NCBI GenBank assembly: GCA_031552765.1
Contig: JAVBME010000025.1
Location: forward strand, 3,270-67,269
Direction of reading: 5' to 3'
DNA length: 64,000 bases
From: Acidaminococcales bacterium
GTDB taxonomy: Bacteria; Bacillota; Negativicutes; Acidaminococcales; JAISLQ01
Shown: positions 46,569-56,515 of the stretch, in pieces
Layout of the letters: every line of letters starts with the position of its first letter
How positions within the stretch are numbered: position 1 is the stretch's first letter
The notes under the pieces: model-generated
The model's input: only the letters and a program-made list of their open reading frames with translations
The model's database searches: none
What the model was told of the DNA's origin: nothing
Program-made: the position numbers and the translations under genes

Positions 46569-48104
46569 TCACCTCGCTTCGCCATGTGTCGAGGTCTTGG
46601 CCACGCCAAACATATCCCTGAATTCCTCTATGGCTTTTTTCAGGACCGGTTCGGTCTCACCGGATATGGCCTTGGTTTCCCTTATCGCTTTGCCGACTTC
46701 CGGATAGCTTGATTTCATAAAGCTCAAAAAATCTTTCTCAAAACGCGATATATCCTCAACTTCCACGTCGTCGAGATAGCCGTTGGTTGCGACATAGATG
46801 CTCAAGACCTGCTGTTCTACAGGCAAGGGAGCATACTGGCCCTGCTTTAAGACCTCGGTCATCCTCACGCCGCGGTCGATCTGGGCTTTGGTAGCCTTGT
46901 CAAGGTCGGAACCGAACTGGGCAAACGCCGCCAGTTCCCTGTACTGGGCAAGGTCGAGGCGCAAACGGCCGGCTACGGATTTCATCGCTTTGATCTGCGC
47001 GGCGCCGCCAACGCGGGAAACCGAAAGTCCGACGTTTATGGCTGGACGGATACCGGAATAAAAAAGTTCGCTTTCAAGGAATATCTGGCCGTCAGTTATA
47101 GAAATGACGTTTGTCGGTATATACGCGGCAACGTCGCCGGCCAAAGTTTCTATAATCGGCAGTGCGGTTATCGAGCCGCCGCCCAATTCTTTATTAAGCT
47201 TGGCAGCGCGTTCCAACAAGCGGGAGTGTAAGTAAAATACGTCGCCGGGATAAGCTTCGCGGCCCGGAGGACGGCGAAGAAGAAGGCTCATAGCGCGGTA
47301 AGCGGCGGCGTGCTTCGATAGGTCGTCATATACACACAGGACGTCTTTGCCCTTGTGCATAAAATATTCGCCCATCGTAACGCCGGAATATGGCGCTATA
47401 TACTGGAGCGGAGCGCTTTCCGAAGCATTGGCGGCGACAACGATAGTATATTCCATCGCGCCATGTTCCTCGAGCGTTTTTACCACACGGGCGACTGTCG
47501 AAGCTTTTTGGCCGATAGCCACATAAATGCAAATAACGCCGAGGCCTTTTTGATTTATGATGGTATCGACGGCCACCGCAGTTTTACCTGTACCGCGGTC
47601 GCCTATTATCAGCTCGCGCTGCCCGCGGCCGATAGGAACCATCGAATCTATAGCTTTAAGCCCTGTTTGCAGCGGCGTATCGACCGATTCACGATCGGCA
47701 ATGCCGGGTGCGGGGCTTTCCACATTACGCACCTGAGTGGTATTTATTATGCCCTTGCCGTCTACAGGCTGCCCCAAAGCATTGACGACGCGGCCGACCA
47801 TAGCATCGCCTACAGGTACTTGCATGATCTTGCCGGTACGGCGGACAACGTCGCCTTCTTTGACTAAAGTTTCGCCGCCCATCAAGACGACGCCTATCTT
47901 ATCTACCTCAAGGTTCAACACCATACCGCTCACGCCATTTGGCAGCTCTAAAAGCTCGCCAGCCATAGCGCCCTTGAGGCCGTGCACGCGGGCGATACCG
48001 TCGCCCACTTCATCTATGATACCAACTTCGTCAACATTTAGCTCTACTTTGTAGTTTTCCAATTGCTGACTGATGAGAGCTGTTAGCTCTTCAGGCTTCA
48101 TCAT
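46569..48104 (-). CDS. atpA: F1 ATP synthase alpha subunit
   Basis: Walker [12 protein letters not shown]. 511 aa with alpha-type conserved blocks ([35 protein letters not shown]). Confidence 0.97.
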   Translation of the reverse strand: MMKPEELTALISQQLENYKVELNVDEVGIIDEVGDGIARVHGLKGAMAGELLELPNGVSGMVLNLEVDKIGVVLMGGETLVKEGDVVRRTGKIMQVPVGDAMVGRVVNALGQPVDGKGIINTTQVRNVESPAPGIADRESVDTPLQTGLKAIDSMVPIGRGQRELIIGDRGTGKTAVAVDTIINQKGLGVICIYVAIGQKASTVARVVKTLEEHGAMEYTIVVAANASESAPLQYIAPYSGVTMGEYFMHKGKDVLCVYDDLSKHAAAYRAMSLLLRRPPGREAYPGDVFYLHSRLLERAAKLNKELGGGSITALPIIETLAGDVAAYIPTNVISITDGQIFLESELFYSGIRPAINVGLSVSRVGGAAQIKAMKSVAGRLRLDLAQYRELAAFAQFGSDLDKATKAQIDRGVRMTEVLKQGQYAPLPVEQQVLSIYVATNGYLDDVEVEDISRFEKDFLSFMKSSYPEVGKAIRETKAISGETEPVLKKAIEEFRDMFGVAKTSTHGEAR

Positions 48105-48436
48105 ACTGCATCTGTCACCCCAATCTTCTTTACATCGATGCCTGTCATCATGTCGTTATATTTTTTGAGCTGACGAACTACACTGCCATCGAGAATATTG
48201 TCTCCGACCTGTATGATAAGTCCGCCAATGATAGCAGGGTCCACTCTTTTTTCCACAAACAGCTCTTTGCCGAGCTGTTTAGACAGCTTGCCCACTATCT
48301 CCTCGTATTCGCTACCCCCGAGTTCACGAGCGGTAGTTAGCCTGACTTCCCTCCTGCCGGCCTCTTGTTGCGAGTCCGTTTGGTAGTCGCGTATCTGCCT
48401 TTTGATGGAGGCAACACTTTCGCTGTGTTTTTTCAT
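48101..48436 (-). CDS. Extra gene encoding only a delta/OSCP C-terminal-domain paralogue (111 aa)
   Basis: [14 protein letters not shown]... then [68 protein letters not shown]. This aligns without gaps to the C-terminal half of the upstream atpH product. ATGA overlaps occur at both ends: with the atpH stop and with the atpA start. Confidence 0.7.
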   Translation of the reverse strand: MKKHSESVASIKRQIRDYQTDSQQEAGRREVRLTTARELGGSEYEEIVGKLSKQLGKELFVEKRVDPAIIGGLIIQVGDNILDGSVVRQLKKYNDMMTGIDVKKIGVTDAV

Positions 48437-49011
48437 AGCGCACCGGTTACCTCCTTTTCCTCGATATTTATCCGGCATAAAAGATCTTCGTATTTTCTTA
48501 GACGCTGGCTTATGCTGCCGTCTATGAGCTTATCTCCAATCTGGATGATAATGCCGCCGATGATACTTTCATCTACGCGTTTTTCCAAAACAACAGGCTT
48601 GGCAAACTTCTTGCCCAGTCTTTGCGCGATTGTTTCATACTCGGAATTCGACAGTTCCCGTGCAGTAGTCACTCTCGCTTCGATCATTCCTTCTTTTTCG
48701 TGGAGGAAGCTCCTGAACTGCTTGGCAATAAGCGGCAAAATACTTTCCAGCCGCTTTTCCACCAACAGCATTATGATATTTAAGGAAACTCCCTCTACTT
48801 TGCCGGCAAAAAATTGCTTCATCGCATTCACACGGGCCGCTTTGGATATGCCGGGATTGTCAAGAAAATTCTTAAATTCAGCGTTTTCCTGGAAAATACC
48901 GGAAAGCGCCTCTATATCTTCTTTGACTTTATTGCTTATATCCCCTTCCTCGGCCAGTTCAAACAGAGCCAGGGCATATTTTTCAGCCAGGTCATGCGAC
49001 GATGTCAACAT
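48433..49011 (-). CDS. atpH: F1 ATP synthase delta (OSCP) subunit, full length
   Basis: 192 aa. N-terminal LAEKYALALFELAEE and C-terminal ...IIGGIIIQIGDKLIDGSISQRLRKYEDLL. It overlaps the atpF end. Confidence 0.9.
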   Translation of the reverse strand: MLTSSHDLAEKYALALFELAEEGDISNKVKEDIEALSGIFQENAEFKNFLDNPGISKAARVNAMKQFFAGKVEGVSLNIIMLLVEKRLESILPLIAKQFRSFLHEKEGMIEARVTTARELSNSEYETIAQRLGKKFAKPVVLEKRVDESIIGGIIIQIGDKLIDGSISQRLRKYEDLLCRINIEEKEVTGAL

Positions 49012-49505
49012 GGCAATCCACCGGGTTTATTGGTAATTTCATCAAGAAACTCGTTGATTATTTTTTGGTCGGCTTCCTTGTCGAGTTTTTTCTCCACAAC
49101 TTTTTCCGCCAGCGCCATACTGAGCGAAACAACCTCAGCACGTACTTCCATAAGTGCGTTGACTTTTTCTCTTTCTATTTTTTCCTGAGCGCTCTTGAAA
49201 ATGCGTTCCTGTTCTTCTTTGGCCTGGACCAACATTTGATTGTAAGCTTCAGTAGCTGATTTATTAGCCCGGTCAATTATCTCCTGAGCCTCCACGCGGG
49301 CATTAGACAGTTGCGCTTCATACTCTTCTTTTATTTTCCCCGCGGCCGCTTTGGCAGCTTCGGCATTCGCCAGATCAGTGGCAATCTTATTCCTGCGCTC
49401 GTCCATAACTTTTACCAAAGGCTTGTAGCCAAACCAGGACACAACCGCTACCAACAGTAAAAAGTTGAATATCTGTGCGAGCAAAGTAAAGTTTATATCA
49501 ACCAA
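49005..49505 (-). CDS. atpF: Fo ATP synthase b subunit
   Basis: 166 aa with an N-terminal TM helix (FTLLAQIFNFLLLVAVVSWFGY) followed by a long charged helix. In operon position. Confidence 0.9.
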   Translation of the reverse strand: MVDINFTLLAQIFNFLLLVAVVSWFGYKPLVKVMDERRNKIATDLANAEAAKAAAGKIKEEYEAQLSNARVEAQEIIDRANKSATEAYNQMLVQAKEEQERIFKSAQEKIEREKVNALMEVRAEVVSLSMALAEKVVEKKLDKEADQKIINEFLDEITNKPGGLPC

Positions 49506-49572
49506 AAAAGCGCACTCCTTTCTTAAAATAAAAACCGGCGCAAAAAAGTCTGCCTGTTTTTATCCAGATATA

Positions 49573-49824
49573 TTATTTTATAAACGGATTCGCCAGAACC
49601 AGGATAATGGCTACGACCACGCTGATGATGGGAACAGCTTCAACCAAGCCTATGTAGATGAGTGAGTTGACAAGAGTCTTGTTGGCCAGCTCCGGCTGGC
49701 GGGTCATGCTTTCGAGTGATTTGCCGCCGATAAGACCGTTACCTGTACCAGCGCCAATGGACGCGCCCAAGCAGGCAATGCCTGCCCCTATAACTGAGCA
49801 ACCGATAATTATTGACTGTTCCAA
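49573..49824 (-). CDS. atpE: Fo ATP synthase c subunit
   Basis: 83-aa hairpin proteolipid with GAGTGNGLIGG, loop RQPE, and the carboxylate in IGLVEAVPI. Confidence 0.93.
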   Translation of the reverse strand: MEQSIIIGCSVIGAGIACLGASIGAGTGNGLIGGKSLESMTRQPELANKTLVNSLIYIGLVEAVPIISVVVAIILVLANPFIK

Positions 49825-49882
49825 TGTTCATTCCATCCTTTCAAACTTTTATATATTTGTAATAAAGATGCCGCCCATATCA

Positions 49883-50599
49883 TCAATGGTCGGACTGGAA
49901 GGAGCCACGCATGTAGCAAATGCCCAGCGTAGTAAAAATCATAGCTTGGATAGCTCCTATAGCCAAGCTAAAGCAAACCCAAAGTTCGGGCACTACCCAG
50001 GGGGTAAGTTGATAAAGAACTACCAGCATTATCTCGCCGGCAACGATATTGCCGAAAAGACGGAAAGCCATGGTAAAGGGTTTTAATGCTTCATCCAGCA
50101 AATGTATTGGAAACATGAAAATAGATGGCTGGAAAAAATGTTTGAAGTGGGCAAGGCCGTTACGCGCTATGCCGATGACATAGACTAGCGTGATGACCAA
50201 AAGACCCAACCCCAGGGTCGTGTTCAAATCAGCCGTAGGTGAAGTGATGTGCAGGTGCAATGGTTCAAATATCTGTGGAATCAGGCCAATCTCGTTGCCT
50301 ACAAAAATATACATAAACAAGGTAAGGAAAAACGGCCCCATCATTTTCCTTCCTTTTTCACCGAGGTTCTCTCCAGCCATACTGCCGACCAGGTCAAATA
50401 TGGATTCGACAAATATTTGCAGGTTCCCGGGAACAAGTTTTGAGTTGCGTGTTGCCGCGATCAATATTATAGCCACTATAGCCATGGTCAGCCATGACAT
50501 GTAGATAGTCTGCACATTAAATACCATACCCGGCCAAACTTCTGTGGGCAAAAAATCAATTATTTTGTTTTCCGACACTTTTTTCACTCCTTTCTGCAT
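49883..50599 (-). CDS. atpB: Fo ATP synthase a subunit
   Basis: Polytopic membrane protein with the conserved FRLFGNIVAGE (essential Arg) motif. The start is uncertain because the ORF-track start overlaps atpI by 44 nt. Confidence 0.92.
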   Translation of the reverse strand: MQKGVKKVSENKIIDFLPTEVWPGMVFNVQTIYMSWLTMAIVAIILIAATRNSKLVPGNLQIFVESIFDLVGSMAGENLGEKGRKMMGPFFLTLFMYIFVGNEIGLIPQIFEPLHLHITSPTADLNTTLGLGLLVITLVYVIGIARNGLAHFKHFFQPSIFMFPIHLLDEALKPFTMAFRLFGNIVAGEIMLVVLYQLTPWVVPELWVCFSLAIGAIQAMIFTTLGICYMRGSFQSDH

Positions 50600-50996
50600 C
50601 TTGGGTAAGTTTTTGATCTTCCCGCCATGCGGTTATTGCAATAAAGATAAGGCAAACCAAATGTAGGATGATATATGCTATAAAAAGCGGCAATATAGAT
50701 ATGCCAGCTTTCAATGCCGCAAAAATAGCGAGCGCGTCAAACACGATGCGCTTGAACATATTTCTTTTCATGCTGGCCATCGCTTTGGCAAAAGGCAGGC
50801 CTGCGCCTTTTTCCACACCCATGAACATTATATAGTTATCAAAAAGGCCTACCATAAAACCGGCAAACACGCTTCTGGCCAGAGAAAATCCGCTTAAAAA
50901 CCAGACCAGGCAGAAGGCCGCCAGTGAAAAAATTCCGGCGGCAATGAGAAAGGACCTCTTTATTTTCGCCGCTCGTTCAATCATCCTTTTCCTCAT
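50556..50996 (-). CDS. atpI: ATP synthase protein I (AtpI-like membrane protein)
   Basis: 146 aa with four hydrophobic segments, immediately upstream of atpB. The call rests on position and topology. Confidence 0.65.
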   Translation of the reverse strand: MRKRMIERAAKIKRSFLIAAGIFSLAAFCLVWFLSGFSLARSVFAGFMVGLFDNYIMFMGVEKGAGLPFAKAMASMKRNMFKRIVFDALAIFAALKAGISILPLFIAYIILHLVCLIFIAITAWREDQKLTQDAERSEKSVGKQNN

Positions 50997-51216
50997 GTGA
51001 ATCGATAAAATTAAACCTCAGATGCTTATAGATGCTGTAGACAGCCAGGATAATGCCACAAATCAGTCCGATTAGCCGGCCTTTAGGACGGATAGAAAAA
51101 AAATCGTCCGCATAACCGCCCAGAAAATAACCCAAAAGTAAACAGCCAACCAAAGTAGAACTTACAAAAGTAACAAAAGAAAGGGCTTTTATTATTCTTT
51201 TAATATCGCCTTGCAT
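50977..51216 (-). CDS. AtpZ/AtpR-like small membrane protein of the atp operon
   Basis: Two TM segments (ALSFVTFVSSTLVGCLLLGYFLGGY, LIGLICGIILAVYSIY). It is the first gene of the atp operon. Preferred ATG is at 51216 (MQGDIK); the ORF-track start is 51255. Confidence 0.55.
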   Translation of the reverse strand: MQGDIKRIIKALSFVTFVSSTLVGCLLLGYFLGGYADDFFSIRPKGRLIGLICGIILAVYSIYKHLRFNFIDSHEEKDD

Positions 51217-51266
51217 AGGCAATACCCCTAATTTTCTATTGTTTAAATTTAACACTGTTTTTTTAT

Positions 51267-51295
51267 ATAGTATATATTTTTATTTAATTCGACAA
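51267..51295 (-). promoter_or_regulatory. Sigma-70-type promoter candidate for the atp operon
   Basis: The minus strand reads TTGTCG (51295..51290), a 17-nt AT-rich spacer, then TACTAT (51272..51267). It sits in the 119-bp gap between wecB and atpZ. Confidence 0.4.
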
Positions 51296-51374
51296 AGCAA
51301 CCTATATTCCTGCTGAAAATCACGGATACCATAGTGCAACAGGATAGTTTGCCAATGGCAGGAAAAATGTTTAT

Positions 51375-52526
51375 TTAAGCAAAATACTCAGGCGCAGTTA
51401 CGGCAAAACCTTTGTTATGCAATATGGTCTTTATGATGCGTTCGGAAGCAAGCCCATCGCCATAAGGATTGACTGCTTCTGACATGCGGGCGTAAGCGGT
51501 CTTGTCGTCTAAAAGTTCCAGCGTACTTGCCAAAACGTGCTCATAATCCGCGCCGACAAGCCGTACTGTACCGGCATGCAGGGCTTCCGGCCTTTCGGTC
51601 GTGTCCCTCAGGACCAAAACAGGCTTGCCCAAAGAAGGCGCTTCTTCCTGCACCCCACCCGAATCGCTGAGCAAGAGAAACGACTGTCCCATCAAATTGG
51701 CAAAAGGTTCATAGTCCAAAGGATCAATGAGATGTATGCGCTCTCTGCCTGCTAGTTCCGCCGCTACAACCTCCCGTACCGCCGGGTTTTTATGTACCGG
51801 AAAGACCACCTCTACATCCGGACGCTGCTGCAATACCTCCCGCAAGGCCCGGTACACTCCGCGCAGAGGTTCTCCGAGGTTTTCCCGCCGGTGGGTGGTT
51901 ACAAGTATCAAACGGTTTTTTCTTTCTAAACAGCCGGTCAAAACAGGATCGATAAATTTATAATCAGCCCGCACCGTGTTTTTCAGGGCGTCGATCACCG
52001 TATTGCCTGTAACATATATTTTTTTCTCCGCTACATTTTCCCGCAAAAGGTTCTCTTTGGCATTTTGCGTCGGAGCAAAGTGGAGATCGGCCAATACGCC
52101 TGTCAGATGCCTGTTCACCTCTTCCGGGAAAGGCGAATATTTATTGCCTGTCCGGAGGCCCGCTTCGACGTGCCCTACAGGTATCTGCTGATAATAGGCG
52201 GCCAGGGCGCCGATAAACGTAGTAGTGGTATCGCCGTGCACCAAAACCATGTCCGGCCTGATGGCGGAAAATACTTCGCCCAGCCCGGACAAGGCCCGGC
52301 AGCTGACATCATAAAGTGTTTGCCTCTGGCTCATTATATCGAGGTCATAATCAGGTTTTATAGCAAAAAGATCCAAAACCTGATCGAGCATTTCTCTGTG
52401 TTGCGCAGTAACTACCACTAGCGGCTGGATAAATTCCGGGTATTTTTTCATTTCTAAAACTACCGGAGCCATTTTTATCGCCTCCGGCCTGGTGCCAAAA
52501 ACCGTGACTAATTTAAGCTTTTCCAA
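51375..52526 (-). CDS. wecB: UDP-N-acetylglucosamine 2-epimerase (non-hydrolysing)
   Basis: LVTVFGTRPEAIKMAPV, VHGDTTT and the DSGGVQEEAPSLGKPVLVLRDTTERPE motifs. 383 aa. Confidence 0.92.
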   Translation of the reverse strand: MEKLKLVTVFGTRPEAIKMAPVVLEMKKYPEFIQPLVVVTAQHREMLDQVLDLFAIKPDYDLDIMSQRQTLYDVSCRALSGLGEVFSAIRPDMVLVHGDTTTTFIGALAAYYQQIPVGHVEAGLRTGNKYSPFPEEVNRHLTGVLADLHFAPTQNAKENLLRENVAEKKIYVTGNTVIDALKNTVRADYKFIDPVLTGCLERKNRLILVTTHRRENLGEPLRGVYRALREVLQQRPDVEVVFPVHKNPAVREVVAAELAGRERIHLIDPLDYEPFANLMGQSFLLLSDSGGVQEEAPSLGKPVLVLRDTTERPEALHAGTVRLVGADYEHVLASTLELLDDKTAYARMSEAVNPYGDGLASERIIKTILHNKGFAVTAPEYFA

Positions 52527-52552
52527 GCTAGCCTCCTCTAGGGCTCCCGCCC

Positions 52553-52591
52553 TAAATAAAAACGAGTGAGGAGAATATTCTCTTCACTCGT
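52553..52591 (-). terminator. Intrinsic terminator after the wecA-like gene, directly upstream of wecB
   Basis: ~13-15 bp stem ACGAGTGAGGAGAAT / ATTCTCTTCACTCGT with one mismatch. It is followed on the minus strand by TTTTTATTT. Confidence 0.75.
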
Positions 52592-52618
52592 CAGTTACCG
52601 TGGTTGGCTTGCTGCATT

Positions 52619-53641
52619 TTAAGTATCGTTTAGTATGCCAATTTTTTTAGCACCGACGAATACCGCTGCGACAATGACGCCGATAACGACTACCCCCGTA
52701 AACAGGCCGCTGCCAGTGAAAAGAAGCGCACTGGCACTCAGAGCCATACTTATAAGATACATGAGAAGCACTGCCTGCCTCTGGCTAAGTCCCACCGCCA
52801 AGAGCCGGTGGTGCAGATGTCCCTTGTCAGGCTTAAAAATTGGCTTGCCGTTGGAGTAACGGCGCACGATGGCAAACCCGGTGTCCATTATCGGCAGCCC
52901 CAGCGCTACTGTAGGCACCAAAAGCGCGATGGTCGCGGCGCTTTTGACAACGCCGAGGACAGATATCGCCGCCAGCATATAGCCTAAAAACATACTGCCG
53001 GTATCGCCCATAAAAATCGAAGCCGGATTGAAGTTATATTTGATAAAGGCCAGCGTGGAGCCGGCCAAGGCCGCCGTCAGCACGGCTATCGGGTAAAAGC
53101 CGTTTTGCACGGCGACAATAATCACTGTCACCGAAGCAATGAGCGACACTCCTGCCGCCAGGCCATCCAGGCCGTCGATCAAATTGAGCGCGTTGGTCAT
53201 GCCGACCACCCACAAGATGGTGACCGGGACAGACAGATGGTCCATGTACATATAGCCGCCACTGATCGGATTGTTCAGCCATTCTATTTGTATACCGAAC
53301 AGAACAGGCACGCTGGCCGCCACTACCTGCCCCAGCAGTTTGACCCGGGCGGGCATCTGGTAGATATCATCAAGCACGCCGATCACGACGATGAGCGAAC
53401 CGCCCAATAAAAGGCCTATTATCTCGCGCGTTACGTGCATGCTGCACAATACGGCGATGACAAACCCGGCGTATATGGCAAGGCCACCCATGCGCGGTAC
53501 GGGATTGGTATGTACTTTACGGCTGTCCGGCGCGTCTATGGCGCCAAGCCTTATTGATAGCTTCCGCACATAAGGCGTCAACAACCAGCATGCCAACAGC
53601 CCTATAACAAACGCTACAGCGTAAGCTTGCATACGGCACAC
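52619..53641 (-). CDS. wecA: Polyprenyl-phosphate GlcNAc-1-phosphate transferase (MraY/WecA/TagO family, GT4)
   Basis: Polytopic membrane protein with the motifs IDAPDSRKVH..PVPRMGG, NLIDGLDGLA and FMGDTGS. 340 aa. Confidence 0.85.
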   Translation of the reverse strand: MCRMQAYAVAFVIGLLACWLLTPYVRKLSIRLGAIDAPDSRKVHTNPVPRMGGLAIYAGFVIAVLCSMHVTREIIGLLLGGSLIVVIGVLDDIYQMPARVKLLGQVVAASVPVLFGIQIEWLNNPISGGYMYMDHLSVPVTILWVVGMTNALNLIDGLDGLAAGVSLIASVTVIIVAVQNGFYPIAVLTAALAGSTLAFIKYNFNPASIFMGDTGSMFLGYMLAAISVLGVVKSAATIALLVPTVALGLPIMDTGFAIVRRYSNGKPIFKPDKGHLHHRLLAVGLSQRQAVLLMYLISMALSASALLFTGSGLFTGVVVIGVIVAAVFVGAKKIGILNDT

Positions 53642-53676
53642 CTCGTTACTTTACTGCAATCTAACATATTAGATTA

Positions 53677-53705
53677 ATTTTACATTAAGGGCATATTGTT
53701 GTCAA
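53677..53705 (-). promoter_or_regulatory. Near-consensus sigma-70-type promoter upstream of the wecA-like gene
   Basis: The minus strand reads TTGACA (53705..53700), a 17-nt spacer, then TAAAAT (53682..53677). This is ~35-45 nt upstream of the start codon. Confidence 0.6.
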
Positions 53706-53741
53706 TTATTTTACACTATAAACGGATTGAAAAAATGCCCT

Positions 53742-54209
53742 TTAACAGCCGACTTTCCCCTGCCAAACTTCGACCTTGATCCCCGATTCTTGCAGCATGC
53801 TCTCGGCCAGTTCGTCCGGATAGGGATTGGCATAAACTATCCTTGAAACACCAGCGTTTATCAGCATTTTCGTGCATACTACGCAAGGCTGGTGCGTACA
53901 GTAAAGAGTGGCTCCTTCAATGGACACACCGTGCACAGCCGCCTGGATGATGGCATTTTGTTCGGCATGAAGGCCGCGGCAAAGTTCATGCATCTTGCCG
54001 GACGGCACGTTCAGCTGTTCCCTAAGGCAGCCTGTCTCGCTGCAATGGCGCATCTTCCTCGGCACGCCGTTATAGCCGCTGGCCAAAATATGTTTATCTT
54101 TGACCAGCAGCGCGCCCACGCTGCGTCTCAGGCAAGTAGAACGCCTGAGCGCGGTCTGGGCAAATTCCATAAAATAATCGTCCCATTCCGGGCGCTCCAG
54201 TTCCCGCAT
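53742..54209 (-). CDS. dCMP deaminase (cytidine/deoxycytidylate deaminase family, ComEB-like)
   Basis: Zinc motifs HAEQNAI and [13 protein letters not shown]. 155 aa. Confidence 0.88.
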   Translation of the reverse strand: MRELERPEWDDYFMEFAQTALRRSTCLRRSVGALLVKDKHILASGYNGVPRKMRHCSETGCLREQLNVPSGKMHELCRGLHAEQNAIIQAAVHGVSIEGATLYCTHQPCVVCTKMLINAGVSRIVYANPYPDELAESMLQESGIKVEVWQGKVGC

Positions 54210-54219
54210 GTCTTTCTCC

Positions 54220-55488
<1,269 letters not shown>

Positions 55489-55547
55489 GTTACCAGCCTC
55501 CGGTTTCATATTTTCATCATACAGTAAACTTTACCATGCCCGTTATT

Positions 55548-55985
55548 TTATAGCAAGCAATCAAGCATCTCCACCCGCCGGGCATGCCGTCCGCCGGCAA
55601 ACTCCGTCTCCAGCCACACCCTGACTATCATGTCGGCCAGGCCGCAGCCAGTCACCCGCTCGCCCAGGCAAAGGACGTTGGCGTTGTTATGTTCGCGGCT
55701 CATCCTGGCGGAAAATACGTCGCCGCAAAGCGCCGCCCGTACCCCTTTTACCTTGTTGGCTGCGATACTGACGCCGATGCCAGTACCGCAAACTAATATG
55801 CCCCGGTCGAATTGACCGCCGGCTACCTGCTCCGCCACCGCTTTGGCAATAGGCGGGTAGTCTACAGATTGCTCATTATGCGTCCCATAATCTTCAAAAT
55901 CCACAGACAGTTCACACAAAAGACCCTTTATGACCTCTTTCAAACGGTAACCGCCGTGGTCACTGCCGATGATCAGCTTCATCAA
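55548..55985 (-). CDS. rpiB: Ribose-5-phosphate isomerase B
   Basis: MMKLIIGSDHGGYRLKE and ILVCGTGIGVSIAANKV motifs. 145 aa. Confidence 0.92.
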   Translation of the reverse strand: MMKLIIGSDHGGYRLKEVIKGLLCELSVDFEDYGTHNEQSVDYPPIAKAVAEQVAGGQFDRGILVCGTGIGVSIAANKVKGVRAALCGDVFSARMSREHNNANVLCLGERVTGCGLADMIVRVWLETEFAGGRHARRVEMLDCLL

Positions 55986-56454
55986 TATTGCCCCCTATAA
56001 GAGTAATGATTTTTTCCAGTCCACTATCGAGCATATTGTCTATCTCTTTGGCGCAGGCCGCATATATTGCGGTATCGCCGCCAAAAGGATCGGGCACATC
56101 TTTGCCGGCGCCGCAAAATTCCGCCAGGGTAAAGACCTTTTCTCCCGACGAAGGGTAGAAATGGAGCAGGTCCGCTCGGTGCCCGCTCCCCATAGTAATT
56201 ATCAGGTCTGCTTCATTTATCAGTTTTTGGTTTACAGCGCACGCTTTATGCCTGGTAGCGTCTATCCCCATGGCGGCCAAGACCTCTTTAGCGCCAACAG
56301 AAATAGCATCACCGGCAAAGCCCGCGACACCGGCTGAAATTATTTTTATCCTGTCATCCAGCCTCAGTTTCGCCAGCTTATCCTGCAAAATAAACTGCGC
56401 CATCGGGCTGCGGCAAGTATTGCCTGTACAAACAAACATAAGCGTAAACAGCAT
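55960..56454 (-). CDS. Low-molecular-weight protein phosphatase (LMW-PTP / arginine phosphatase YwlE-like)
   Basis: Active-site loop FVCTGNTCRSPMA and a DP motif near residue 120. 164 aa. Confidence 0.88.
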   Translation of the reverse strand: MLFTLMFVCTGNTCRSPMAQFILQDKLAKLRLDDRIKIISAGVAGFAGDAISVGAKEVLAAMGIDATRHKACAVNQKLINEADLIITMGSGHRADLLHFYPSSGEKVFTLAEFCGAGKDVPDPFGGDTAIYAACAKEIDNMLDSGLEKIITLIGGNIDEADHRQ

Positions 56455-56515
56455 CAGGGCAACTCCTTCAAAAATTCGTCCGGCCTTACACTGCTAATTT
56501 TATCATAAAAAATCC

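Noticed and set aside
48101-48436. The half-delta ORF as an assembly duplication artefact or dead pseudogene
   Set aside because: The two copies are clearly diverged at both protein and DNA level, so this is not a collapsed or expanded repeat. The frame is intact and coupled by ATGA overlaps at both ends. I therefore kept it as a probable gene, but expression is unproven.
49573-49824. A Na+-coupled c subunit
   Set aside because: The carboxylate context is LVEAVP, with Ala after the Glu. I see no Gln plus Ser/Thr Na+-ligand pattern, so an ordinary H+-type c subunit is more likely.
53687-53742. Inverted repeat AAGGGCAT ... ATGCCCTT after the dCMP deaminase gene
   Set aside because: The loop of ~40 nt is too long for a stable terminator hairpin, and the left arm overlaps the spacer of the wecA-like promoter candidate.
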